A stretch of 64,000 nucleotides of DNA from an uncultured Gemmatimonadaceae bacterium (GTDB lineage Bacteria > Gemmatimonadota > Gemmatimonadetes > Gemmatimonadales > Gemmatimonadaceae), in NCBI GenBank assembly GCA_963716745.1, contig OY970320.1, positions 640,001 to 704,000 of the forward strand, written 5' to 3'. How positions within the stretch are numbered: the stretch's first letter is position 1; each line of letters begins with the position of its first letter. The translations under genes were made by a program, and so were the position numbers. Under the pieces are notes generated by a model. It worked only from the letters and a program-made list of their open reading frames with translations. It was not told where the DNA came from and made no database searches. Positions 25,159-34,429 of this stretch are shown one piece after another.

Positions 25159-26587
25159 TCAGCCCGCGGACACTCCGCCGTGCTTGCCGCCGGGCACGCC
25201 GATCTCGGTCATCTTGCGCAAATCGAGCGTCTCGTCGATCTCGGCGTCGGGCAGCACGTGCTCGCGGTGCACGAGCTCGCGAATGAGCGTGTTCTCCTTC
25301 ACCGACTGCTTGCTCAGCTCGGCCGCGCGCGCGTACCCGATCTGCGGGGCGAGCGCGGTCGCGAGCGCCGCCGAGCGCTCCACCCAGTACTCGCACATCT
25401 CGCGGTTCGCCTCGATGCCGCGCACGCAGCGCTCGGTGAATACCGTGAGCGCGTTCGTCGGTGATGCCGATCGCCTGGAACAGATTGTGCGCGATCACCG
25501 GCATCATCACGTTCAGCTCGAGCTGCCCCTCCGATGCCGCCATCGCAATGCATGCATCGTTGCCCACCACTTGGCACGCCACCTGGTTCACCATCTCGGG
25601 GATCGACGGATTCACCTTCCCCGGCATGATCGACGAGCCGGGCTGCACCGCCGGCAGCCGGATCTCATCGAGGCCGGTGCGCGGGCCCGACGCCATCAGC
25701 CGCAGGTCGCTCGAGATCTTCGCGAGATCGCACGCGAACGCGCGCAATTGCCCCGAGAACGCCGCGGCGTCGCCCATGCTCTGCATGAGCTGGATGCGGT
25801 CCGTTCCCTCGCGCAGCGCGAGACCGCTGATCGCTTTCAGATTCGCGACCATCAGCGCCGGATACTCCGGCTCGACGTTCACGCCCGTACCTACGGCGCT
25901 GCCGCCGATCCCGAGGTCGCGCAGATCGTCGGCCGCGTGCTCGAGCCGGCGGCGATTCCGCTCCACGGTATTCCCGTACGCGCGGAACTCCTGGCCGAGC
26001 CGGATCGGCATCGCGTCCTGGAGATGGGTGCGGCCGCTCTTGATGATCCCGTCGAACTCCTTGCCCTTCGCGAGCAGCGCATCGCGCAGTGCCGCCATCG
26101 CGCGGTCGAGATCGGCGGCCAGCTTGAGCGCGCCGAGCCGGATCGCGGTGGGGATCACGTCATTGGTGGACTGCGCCATGTTGACGTGGTCGTTCGGATG
26201 CACCGGTGCGTAGGCGCCGCGCGCCGCGCCGAGGATCTCGTTCGCCCGATTCGCGAGCACTTCGTTCGCGTTCATGTTGTGCGACGTGCCCGCGCCGGCC
26301 TGGAAGGGATCCACCACGAAATGCTCGCGATGCTGGTCCGCCAGCACTTCATCCGCGGCGCGCACGATGGCATCGGCGAGCCGCGGCTCGAGACGCCCCG
26401 TCTTCTTGTGCGTGAGGGCCGCCGCTTTCTTGATCCACACCACTGCGGTCACGAACATCGGCAGCGGACGCGCACCGCTCACCGGGAAGTTCTGCACGGC
26501 GCGCAGGGTCTGCACGCCATACAGCGCGCTGGCGGGGACCGCCAGCGCGCCGAGTGGGTCCTTCTCCGTGCGTGTCGCCTCCGTCAC
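25159..26587 (-). CDS. Aspartate ammonia-lyase / class II fumarase (frameshift near 25460)
   Basis: YGVQTLRA, QAGAGTSHNMNANEV, HVNMAQSTND, KSGRTHLQDA, signature GSSIMPGKVNP. C-terminal domain in 25159..25425. Confidence 0.9.
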
Positions 26588-27388
26588 GGTGCTAGTACAC
26601 CCACCGTGTCGAACTTCGAGTAGCTGTACAGCAGGCCGTTGTTCGTGGTCGTCGCGTAGGTAGTGACCCAGCGGAATGCCGTCACGCGCTGGTAATAGTT
26701 CGCCGCCGTGTCCCAGTGCACCGCCATCGCGCGAGGCACGTAGATCTGGCCATCGTCATCGGCGGAGCAGATGATCTGGCGGTCCGGCACGAGGGAGGTG
26801 GGCGTCTCGTAGATCAGGTAAATGTTCACGGCATCCGTGCCCGGCACACCGGCCGTCCAGTTGATCGGGAACGAGTCGGTGGGATGCGACGGCACCGGCG
26901 CCAGCTCCAGCTTCTTCGCCGTGAGGGCGGGGATCGTCGCGGCATCGAATCCGCCCGACGCGCCGGGGATCGTGAACGCGATATTCGCGCCAGGAACGTA
27001 CTGGAATCCCGCGCCGTGATAGCGGTAGACGATCTGGACGTTCGGGATCGTATCCGGCTTCAGTGCGCCGGTCGAGAGCGTAGACACGAACAGGATCGAA
27101 TCGCCGGCATTCAGCTGGTTCGGCACCACGGCGTGCGATGTATCGGGCTTGAAATAGATCGTATCAATGCACGCATCCGGCGGTGCGTTGCTCCCGGGCA
27201 GCGAGACGTTCGACGCATCCCAGAACACGGCCTGCGGCGAGGTCAGATAACCGCCGACGCCATCGGAGGAGTCGCCGAGCGTGATGACGCCCAGCGGCCG
27301 CGACGTCGGCGGCGATGCGCTGGAGCCGCACCCCGCGGCGATGGCGGCGATCGACGAGCATGGTGCACAGACGAGCACTGGGTCGCAT
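26584..27388 (-). CDS. Hypothetical lipoprotein (frameshift in signal peptide near 27355)
   Basis: GAGGA RBS then ATG 27388 (MRPSARL...) joins IAAIAAG-C lipobox of the 26584..27378 ORF. Beta-rich, Thr/Ser/Asp-rich mature part. Confidence 0.7.
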
Positions 27389-27546
27389 AGCGGATCCTCG
27401 AGTCATGGTCCAACGGACCGGGGCGCCACCTCAGCGCGGCGCCGGCCAGTCACGCCTGAAAGGTGCATCCGGTGACGGCATTCCGACAACCGGGGGCCTA
27501 ATGCGATCGAACCTCATACCCCACTGGCGAGATCAGGCTCCGTCCG

Positions 27547-28191
27547 TCAGCCACCCGCGGCGACGCGCGCCAGACCATTCAAGAACGGATTCTCGGCGCG
27601 TTCGCGCGCGATGGTCGTGGCCGGACCGTGGCCGCTGTAGACGACAGTTGCGTCACCCAGCGCCGCGATTCGCGCGAGCGTGCGGCCAAGCTGGCGGCCG
27701 TTCGCCAACGGAAGATCGGTGCGCCCGATCGAGCCAGCGAAGAGACAATCGCCGACGAACGCAACGCCATTCCCGTGGATCACGACGTGGCCCGGTGCGT
27801 GGCCGGGCGCGTGCAGCACCGTGAACGCGAGCGATCCGACGCGCAGCACTTCGTCGTCGGCGAACTCCCCGTCGGGATCGGGCGGCTGCTCGATCGTCGT
27901 GCCGAACATGAGACCGTGCTCCGCCGCGGCGCGATAGAGCGGCAGGTCGGCGGGATGCAGGAGCACCGGCACCGGGAGTGCGCGCTTGATCGCCGCGATC
28001 GCGCCCACGTGGTCGACGTGGCCGTGGGTCACCCAGATCGCGTCGAGCGTCGCACCCGATTCGCGCACCGCCGCGAGCAGCCGCGAGGCCTCGTCGCCGG
28101 GATCGATCAGCACCGCGTGGCGCGTCGCGTCGTCGATGAGGAGATAGGCGTTCTCCTGCATCGGCCCGACGGTGAACGCGCGGATGATCAT
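27547..28191 (-). CDS. MBL-fold metallo-hydrolase (glyoxalase II / YcbL-like)
   Basis: THGHVDH, PGHAPG, GDCLFAGSIGRTD, SGHG. Confidence 0.93.
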   Translation of the reverse strand: MIIRAFTVGPMQENAYLLIDDATRHAVLIDPGDEASRLLAAVRESGATLDAIWVTHGHVDHVGAIAAIKRALPVPVLLHPADLPLYRAAAEHGLMFGTTIEQPPDPDGEFADDEVLRVGSLAFTVLHAPGHAPGHVVIHGNGVAFVGDCLFAGSIGRTDLPLANGRQLGRTLARIAALGDATVVYSGHGPATTIARERAENPFLNGLARVAAGG

Positions 28192-29180
28192 CGCGCGACG
28201 GCCGCCGCTCCATGCACGGCCGCGGCGGCGCGCTCATGGTCGCGGCGCATCGCCAGATATTTCTCGGCCGCGATCGTCGCGGTGGTCGCGTCGCCCGCCG
28301 CGGTCGTCACCTGGCGCGTGAGCTGCGCGCGCACGTCGCCCGCCACGAACAACCCGGGCAGCGATGACGACATGTTCTGGTCCGTGACGATGTAGCCGGA
28401 CGCATCGTGCTGCACGTGTTCCTGCAGGATGCCGGTGTTCGGCTTGAATCCGATGAACACGAACAATCCGCTCGCGGCGAGCGCGCGCGATTCGCCGGTG
28501 ATCGCGTCGCGGAGCATCACGCGGTGCACGAGACCTTCGGCGTCACCCTCCACGCGCTCCACGAGCGTGTTCCAGATCACTTCGATCTTCGGGTTCTCGG
28601 CCACGCGCTTCTGGATGATCTTCGATGCGCGGAATTCGTGGCGCCGGTGGACCAAGTAGACTCTCTCGGCGTAGCGCGTGAGGTAATCCGCCTCTTCGCA
28701 CGCCGCATCGCCGCCGCCGACGACCGCGATCGTATGCCCGCGGAAGAAATGGCCATCGCACACCGCGCAGTACGACACGCCCTTCCCCGCGAACTCGAGC
28801 TCGCCGGGCACGCCGAGCTTCACGGGCGTGCCGCCGGAGGTCATGATCACGGCGGGCGAGCGGTACATGTCGCCGGTGTCGCTTACGGTCTCGAACGTGC
28901 CATCGTGGAGCCGACGCAGCGCGACGACGTTCACGCCGGTCGCGATCTCGACGCCGAATTTCTTCGCGTGCTCCTCGAACTTCTGCGCGAGCTCCCAGCC
29001 GTCCACGCTCTGGAAGCCGGGATAGTCCTCGACCTTCTCGGTGTTGAGCAGTTCGCCGCCCGGCGCGCCCTTCTCCAGCGCCACGGCGCGCAGCATCGAC
29101 CGGCCCGCGTACAAGGCGGCGGTGAGCCCCGCGGGCCCCGCGCCGATGATCACGATGTCGTATTCGAGCGTCCGGGCCAC
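28188..29180 (-). CDS. trxB: Thioredoxin-disulfide reductase
   Basis: IIGAGPAGLTAALY, GKGVSYCAVCDG, VVGGGDAACEEA, HRR, FVAGDV. Confidence 0.95.
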   Translation of the reverse strand: MARTLEYDIVIIGAGPAGLTAALYAGRSMLRAVALEKGAPGGELLNTEKVEDYPGFQSVDGWELAQKFEEHAKKFGVEIATGVNVVALRRLHDGTFETVSDTGDMYRSPAVIMTSGGTPVKLGVPGELEFAGKGVSYCAVCDGHFFRGHTIAVVGGGDAACEEADYLTRYAERVYLVHRRHEFRASKIIQKRVAENPKIEVIWNTLVERVEGDAEGLVHRVMLRDAITGESRALAASGLFVFIGFKPNTGILQEHVQHDASGYIVTDQNMSSSLPGLFVAGDVRAQLTRQVTTAAGDATTATIAAEKYLAMRRDHERAAAAVHGAAAVAR

Positions 29181-29250
29181 AATGCGTCCTCACGAATGAT
29201 GCCGACGGTTAAATATGGCGACTCCCGCAAGGGTCCGCCCGCTCCGCCGC

Positions 29251-29985
29251 CTACCGGATGTGACGTCCTCCGTCCACGATGAGCGTGTCGCCGGTCACGT
29301 ATTCCGCCTCGAGCAAGTAGAGCACCGCGCGCGCCACGTCATCGGCGTTGCCGATGCGCCCGAGCGGGGTGGTCTTCGCGAGATGCTCCGCGTCGGCCGC
29401 GCTCCAGCTCGCGGGCAGCATCACGGCGCCGGGCGCGATCGCGTTCACGCGGATGTGCGGCGCGAGCGCGAGCGCCAGTTCGGTGGTCATGTGGATCACG
29501 CCTGCCTTCGAGATGCCGTGCGGCACGTAGGCCGGCCACGCCTCGAGCCCCGCGAGATCGGCGATGTTCACGATCGATCCACCGCGCGTGCCCATCACGC
29601 GCGCCGCGGCGCGTGCGCAGAAGAATGGCGCGCGCAGGTTCAGCGCCATGATCTCGTCCCACTGTTCCACTGTCACGTCGGCGACGGGCGTGCGCACCAT
29701 GCTCGCCGCCGAGTTCACGAGCACGTCGAGCGCTCCGAAGTGCGCGGCCGTGTCGCGCACCAGTCGCTCGGCCTCGGCGGCGTCGCGGAGATCGGCGGTG
29801 ACGGCCCATCCCTCGCCGCCGGCGGCTTTCAGTTCCTGGACGAGTTGGTCGGCCTCCTCGCGCGATGCGTGGTGATGCACCGCGATGCGCATCCCGCGTG
29901 CCGCCAGCGCGACGGCGATCGCCCGTCCCACGCGACGGCCGGCGCCGGTCACGAGCGCGACGCGCCCTGCGAGCGCGAACGTCAC
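29251..29985 (-). CDS. Short-chain dehydrogenase, pteridine reductase/FolM-like
   Basis: TGAGRRVG, LVNSA, SIVNIAD, HGISK (YxxxK variant), RVNAIAPG, VTGDTLIVDGG. Confidence 0.85.
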   Translation of the reverse strand: MTFALAGRVALVTGAGRRVGRAIAVALAARGMRIAVHHHASREEADQLVQELKAAGGEGWAVTADLRDAAEAERLVRDTAAHFGALDVLVNSAASMVRTPVADVTVEQWDEIMALNLRAPFFCARAAARVMGTRGGSIVNIADLAGLEAWPAYVPHGISKAGVIHMTTELALALAPHIRVNAIAPGAVMLPASWSAADAEHLAKTTPLGRIGNADDVARAVLYLLEAEYVTGDTLIVDGGRHIR

Positions 29986-30428
29986 GCGTTCAAGGCGGCG
30001 AGCACCTCGGCGGGGGGTGGCGCGCCGCGTTCGCCGAAGCGGATCACACCGTCGCGTCCGATCAAGTACACCGTGCGCTGGATGCCGCGCCCGTCCTCCT
30101 TGAGCGCGTGGTACGCGCGCGCGATCGAGTGATCGGCGTCGCTGAGCAGCGGGAAGCCGAAGGCGAATTTGGCCGCGTACTTCGCGTGGCTCTCCACGCT
30201 CGCCGGATTCACACCGAGGGGCTGAACGCCTGCTTTATGGAACGCTGCCATCTCATCGCGCACGGCGGAGAGTTGTTTGTTTCAGCCAGGGGTGTTGTTG
30301 CCCGGATAGAAGAACAGCGCGACGCCGCCGTCGCGCAGCAGGTCGGCGAGCGCGTAGCGCCGCCCGTCGTCAGCTGGCGCGTCGAACGCCGGCGCGGGCG
30401 TCCCACGCGCGAGCGGCACGCCGGTCAC
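29982..30428 (-). CDS. Peroxiredoxin (BCP/PrxQ type) with in-frame TGA at the peroxidatic position; probable selenoprotein
   Basis: One frame from GTG 30428: ...FFYPGNNTPG-TGA-NKQLSAVRDE...FPLLSD...QRTVYLIGRDG. TGA (30284-30282) sits at the C of PxxxTxxC. Both gene ends overlap neighbours by GTGA. Confidence 0.85.
30252..30272 (-). promoter_or_regulatory. Candidate bacterial SECIS hairpin
   Basis: After UGA comes a 9-nt A-rich spacer AACAAACAA, then CUC-UC-CGC-[CGU]-GCG-c-GA-u-GAG. The G-containing apical loop is about 17 nt from the UGA. Confidence 0.45.
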
Positions 30429-31282
30429 GCGACGACCTCCGACGCGGAACGCGACCGCACCAGCGCATCCTGCCGCTCGAGCCACTCGGCCGGCACGTTC
30501 ATGCAGCCGATCGTACGCGGCCCTTCCGAGGCTCCGTGCCAGTCCGAGCCGCCGCTGGGCAGCAGCTCGAGTTCGGCGGCGAGCGTCGCGAGGCGTGCGG
30601 TCTCGGAGACGCCGTGCCCGGGATGGCGCACTTCCACGCCGTCCATGCCCGCGGCCGCGAGCGCGGCGAGCTTCTCGCGCGTGCCATCGGGCCCCGGATG
30701 CGCGATGACCGCGAGTCCGCCCGCATCGTGGATGAGCGCGAACGCTTCGGGGATCGTGAGTCGGCGCTTCTCGACGAACGCGGGCCGGCCCGCGCCGAGC
30801 CAGCGGTCGAAGACCTCGCGGTGATCCTTCGCGAAGCCGCCCGCGACGAGCGCCCGCGCGACGTGCGGACGGCCGATCGCCGCATCGCCCGCCTGCTCGA
30901 GCACCGCCTGGGCGGTGACCGGTATCCCGAGCGCGTTCAAGCGCTCGACGATCTCGAGCGCGCGCGCGCGGCGCGCGGTGCGGAAGATGTCGAGGGCATT
31001 CTGCAGCGGCCCGGGTCGCGCAATGTGCAGTCCGAGGATGTGCACCTCCGCGCCCGCGGAATCGACCGCGCTCAACTCCACGCCCGCGATGACGCGCACG
31101 CCTACGCGGTCGCCCGCGGCGCGCGCCTCGTCGAACCCCGCGAGTGTGTCGTGATCGGTGAGCGCGATCGCCGCGAGTCCCGCACCCAGCGCCGCGGCGA
31201 CGACCGCGGCCGGCGCCTGCGAGCCATCCGATGCCGTCGAGTGCATGTGCAGATCGACGCGCGCACCGGCGATGGTGCTCAC
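30425..31282 (-). CDS. PHP domain phosphoesterase (TrpH/YciV-like)
   Basis: DLHMHSTASDG, ALTDHDT, GVELS, HILG, GRPHVA, IAHP, GGSDWHG. Confidence 0.93.
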   Translation of the reverse strand: MSTIAGARVDLHMHSTASDGSQAPAAVVAAALGAGLAAIALTDHDTLAGFDEARAAGDRVGVRVIAGVELSAVDSAGAEVHILGLHIARPGPLQNALDIFRTARRARALEIVERLNALGIPVTAQAVLEQAGDAAIGRPHVARALVAGGFAKDHREVFDRWLGAGRPAFVEKRRLTIPEAFALIHDAGGLAVIAHPGPDGTREKLAALAAAGMDGVEVRHPGHGVSETARLATLAAELELLPSGGSDWHGASEGPRTIGCMNVPAEWLERQDALVRSRSASEVVA

Positions 31283-31551
31283 CGCGAGTAGCCCGCTTCG
31301 GGCGATCGCACGCTCGACTGCGACTGCGCGAACAGGCGCTGGAGCTCGGCGCCGCTCAGCTCGGCGAACGAGGCCTCGCGCACGCGCGCGCCCTGCGGCG
31401 AGTATCGCGTCACGCGGACCTCGGGCGGTGCGCCCGCCGGCGCGCGGCGCGTGAACAGGAGCGTGAATTCATCGCGGTCGGACTGGGTGATCCGCCCCGC
31501 GGGGGCGACCTCCCACGTGTCGCCGCCGACGGTGATCGTGCGCACGGGCAT
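31279..31551 (-). CDS. Hypothetical protein
   Basis: 90-aa ORF overlapping both neighbours. Confidence 0.75.
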   Translation of the reverse strand: MPVRTITVGGDTWEVAPAGRITQSDRDEFTLLFTRRAPAGAPPEVRVTRYSPQGARVREASFAELSGAELQRLFAQSQSSVRSPEAGYSR

Positions 31552-31811
31552 CAGGCGAGCTCCACTTCCTGGTAGATCCGAGCCGGGTCGAGCACCGGAT
31601 CGGGCGCGGCGGTGAGCGCCTTGTAGAGCGTCTCGCCATCCGCCGCTTCAATGAATTCGATGAACGCACCCGAAAGTTCCGCTTCCTCGAACACCCAGTG
31701 CTTGCACTGGTTCGCGAGATAGAAGGCGTGCCGCGCCTGCAGCTTGGCGAGGAACTTTTTGCGGTCGCCGGCCGGGACGATGGACCGCTTGAGAGTGAGG
31801 GCGCGCGGCAC
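31551..31811 (-). CDS. Hypothetical protein
   Basis: GTG 31811 [12 protein letters not shown]...YQEVELA. Appears in the track as the tail of the 31551..33164 ORF only because of the E2 frameshift. Confidence 0.7.
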   Translation of the reverse strand: MPRALTLKRSIVPAGDRKKFLAKLQARHAFYLANQCKHWVFEEAELSGAFIEFIEAADGETLYKALTAAPDPVLDPARIYQEVELA

Positions 31812-31813
31812 GG

Positions 31814-33164
31814 CTACAGTACCGCGTCGGGGAAGGTCTCGATCTGTTGCTTCACGAACGCGAGGAACTGATCGGCGACGGCGCCGTCGATGATGCGGTG
31901 GTCGAACGAGATCGAGAAGAACGCGCACGTGCGGATCGCGATCACGTCCTCGCCGTCGGGGCCGGTCTTCACCTTCGGGCGCTTCTCGATCGCGCCGACG
32001 CCGAGCACCGCCACCTGTGGCTGGCTGATGATCGGCGTGCCCATGAGCGAGCCGAATACGCCGGGATTCGTGATGGTGAACGTGCCGCCCGCTACTTCGT
32101 CCGGCTGCAGCTTCTTCGCGCGCGCGCGCGCCGCGAGGTCGTTGAGCGTGCGCGTGATCCCGGCGAGCGAGAGATCGTCGGCGCGCTTGATCACCGGCAC
32201 GATGAGCCCCCAGTCGAGCGCGACCGCGACACCGATGTTGAACTGCTTGCGATAGATGACGTTGTTGCCGGCCACCGAGGAATTCATGATCGGGAATTCC
32301 TTGAGGCCCTTCACCACCGTCTTGATGATGAACGGCATGTACGTGAGCTTCTGGCCGGTGGCCTGTTCGAAGGCCGCGCGCTGCGCCGCGCGGATGCGCG
32401 CGACGCGCGTGAAGTCGATCTCCATGAACGACGTCACGTGCGCCGAAGTGCGGCGCGAGAGCACCATGTGCTCGCTGATCTTCTGCCGCATGACCGACAT
32501 GGGCTCCACCACGTCGCCGGGCCACGCCTCGGGCATGGGCCCATGTTGCACGGCGCCCGTGGGCGCGTGCATCGACGGCGGCGCCATCGGCGGCGCCGCG
32601 GCGGCAGCGCGTGCGGCTGGAGCCGCGGCGGCCGCGCCGCCCGAAGCGACGTAGCGCTCGAGGTCCTTCTTCGTGACGCGACCGGCGATGCCGGATCCCT
32701 GCATCGCGGTCACTTCGATCCCCTTGTCGGCAGCCATCTTGCGGACGAGCGGCGACGAGCGCGTGCGCACGCGATCCTCGAACGAACCGGCGGGCGCGGC
32801 CGGTGCGGCGGGCGCGGCGGCCCTTCGGAGCGGCCGGCGTTGCGGCGGCCGCGGCGGGCGCACTCTGCGCAGCCGGCGCCGTCGGCGCCGCGGCGCGCGA
32901 CGGAGCGACCGCCGCCGCGCCCTTCTCGGTCTCGAGGCGCGCGACGATCGTCTGCACCGGTACCGTCTGCCCTTCCGTCACGAGGATCTCCACGAGGACG
33001 CCGGCGTTGGGCGCGGGGATCTCCGCGTCCACCTTGTCCGTGCTGATCTCGAAGATCGGCTCGTCGCGCTTCACCTCGTCGCCCACCTTCTTCAACCAGC
33101 GGGACAACGTGCCCTCGGCGATCGACTCGCCCATCTGAGGCATGATCACATCAATGCGTGCCAC
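31814..33164 (-). CDS. 2-oxoacid dehydrogenase E2 dihydrolipoamide acyltransferase (frameshift near 32825)
   Basis: Lipoyl domain [12 protein letters not shown]...ISTDKVD, E3-binding SSPLVRK...GRVTKKD, catalytic TFTITNPG and FDHRIIDGA. Confidence 0.92.
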
Positions 33165-33168
33165 TGGA

Positions 33169-33450
33169 TCAACTCCGCGCTGAATTCCCTGGACCGCCCC
33201 TCCCTCGCCGCAGCCGCCAGAACACCAGCGACGGCAACAGCACGACCCCCACGACCGCCGCCGGCAGCACGTAGCTCCACGTGTCGCACGCCGGCATCCC
33301 TTCCGGCGGCGCGCAATTCCGCGCGCTGCCGACCACCTTCGCCACCAGGGCGCCGACCATCCCGCCGCCGAAGAACCCCGGGATCATCATCAAACAGCCT
33401 ATCGCGAACCGGTTCGGCCGTACCGCCGCCGGCTCCTTCCCTGCCGTCAC
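33169..33450 (-). CDS. Small two-TM membrane protein
   Basis: Two hydrophobic segments flanking a loop [10 protein letters not shown]. Fits tightly between E1beta and E2. Confidence 0.7.
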   Translation of the reverse strand: MTAGKEPAAVRPNRFAIGCLMMIPGFFGGGMVGALVAKVVGSARNCAPPEGMPACDTWSYVLPAAVVGVVLLPSLVFWRLRRGRGGPGNSARS

Positions 33451-33451
33451 G

Positions 33452-34429
33452 CTAGTATCCCGCGAGCCGTCGCGCCACGGTCACGATGTCCGCCGTCTGC
33501 GGCAGCACGTAATCCTCGAGCGGCGGCGCGTACGGCAGCGGCACATCGGCCGCGGTCACGCGCAGCACCGGCGCATCGAGCCACTCGAACGCGTGTTCGT
33601 TGATGCGCGCCGTGACCTCGCCCGCGATCCCGCCCGTTCGCGTGTCCTCGTGCACGATCATCACGCGGTTCGTCTTCTTCACCGTCGCGATGATCGCCTC
33701 GTCATCCATGGGCAGCAGCGACCGCAGATCGATCACCTCGACGCTCAGCCCGTCGCTCTTCTCCAACTCCTCCGCCGCCTCGAGCGCCTTCCACACGGTG
33801 GCGGCGTACGTGATGATCGACAGGTCTCTCCCCTCGCGCGCTGTGCGCGCCTTGCCGATCGGCACGACGTGATCGCCGGCGGGCATCTCCTCCTTGATCC
33901 GGCGATACAGATACTTGTGCTCGAAGAACAGCACCGGATCCTCGTCCCGGATCGCCGCCTTCATCAGGCCCTTCGCGTCGCTCGCCGTGGCCGGGTACAC
34001 GATCTTGAGGCCGGGCGTGTGCAGGAACGCCGCCTCCGGATTCTGCGAATGGAACGGTCCGCCGCGCACGTACCCGCCGCTCGGCCCGCGCACCACCATC
34101 GGGCACGCGAGCATCGCGCGGTAGCGCGACGTCGCGACGTAGTTCGTGAGCATGTCGTAGGCGCACGAGATGAAATCGATGAACTGCATCTCGACCACCG
34201 GCCGCATCCCCATGTGCGCCGCACCCGCGGCCGCGCCGACGATCGCCGCCTCGGAGATCGGCGTGTCGATCACGCGCTGCTCGCCGAACTTCGCCATGAG
34301 GCCGTCGGTCACCTTGAACGCGCCGCCGTACGCGCCGACGTCCTCGCCGAGCACGAACACGTTCTTGTCGCGCTCCATCTCCTCGAAGAGCGCCTGGCGG
34401 ATCGCCTCGAGATACGTGATCTCAGCCAT
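33452..34429 (-). CDS. 2-oxoacid dehydrogenase E1 beta subunit
   Basis: MAEITYLEAI, GEDVG, DTPISE, EMQFIDF, HSQ, FEHKYLY, VIDLRSL, WLDAPV. Confidence 0.95.
   Translation of the reverse strand: MAEITYLEAIRQALFEEMERDKNVFVLGEDVGAYGGAFKVTDGLMAKFGEQRVIDTPISEAAIVGAAAGAAHMGMRPVVEMQFIDFISCAYDMLTNYVATSRYRAMLACPMVVRGPSGGYVRGGPFHSQNPEAAFLHTPGLKIVYPATASDAKGLMKAAIRDEDPVLFFEHKYLYRRIKEEMPAGDHVVPIGKARTAREGRDLSIITYAATVWKALEAAEELEKSDGLSVEVIDLRSLLPMDDEAIIATVKKTNRVMIVHEDTRTGGIAGEVTARINEHAFEWLDAPVLRVTAADVPLPYAPPLEDYVLPQTADIVTVARRLAGY

Noticed and set aside
27415..27545. Assignment to ZTP, glycine, SAH, TPP or yybP riboswitch, or tmRNA
   Set aside because: Only isolated short words match (CGTGACTGGC, CTTTCAGG, GGCGAGA, GGTTCGA); the other required elements are missing or in the wrong order or strand.
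31551..33164. Apparent lipoyl-domain fusion to an unknown C-terminal domain
   Set aside because: Artefact of the E2 frameshift near 32825; the middle is out-of-frame Arg-rich sequence.
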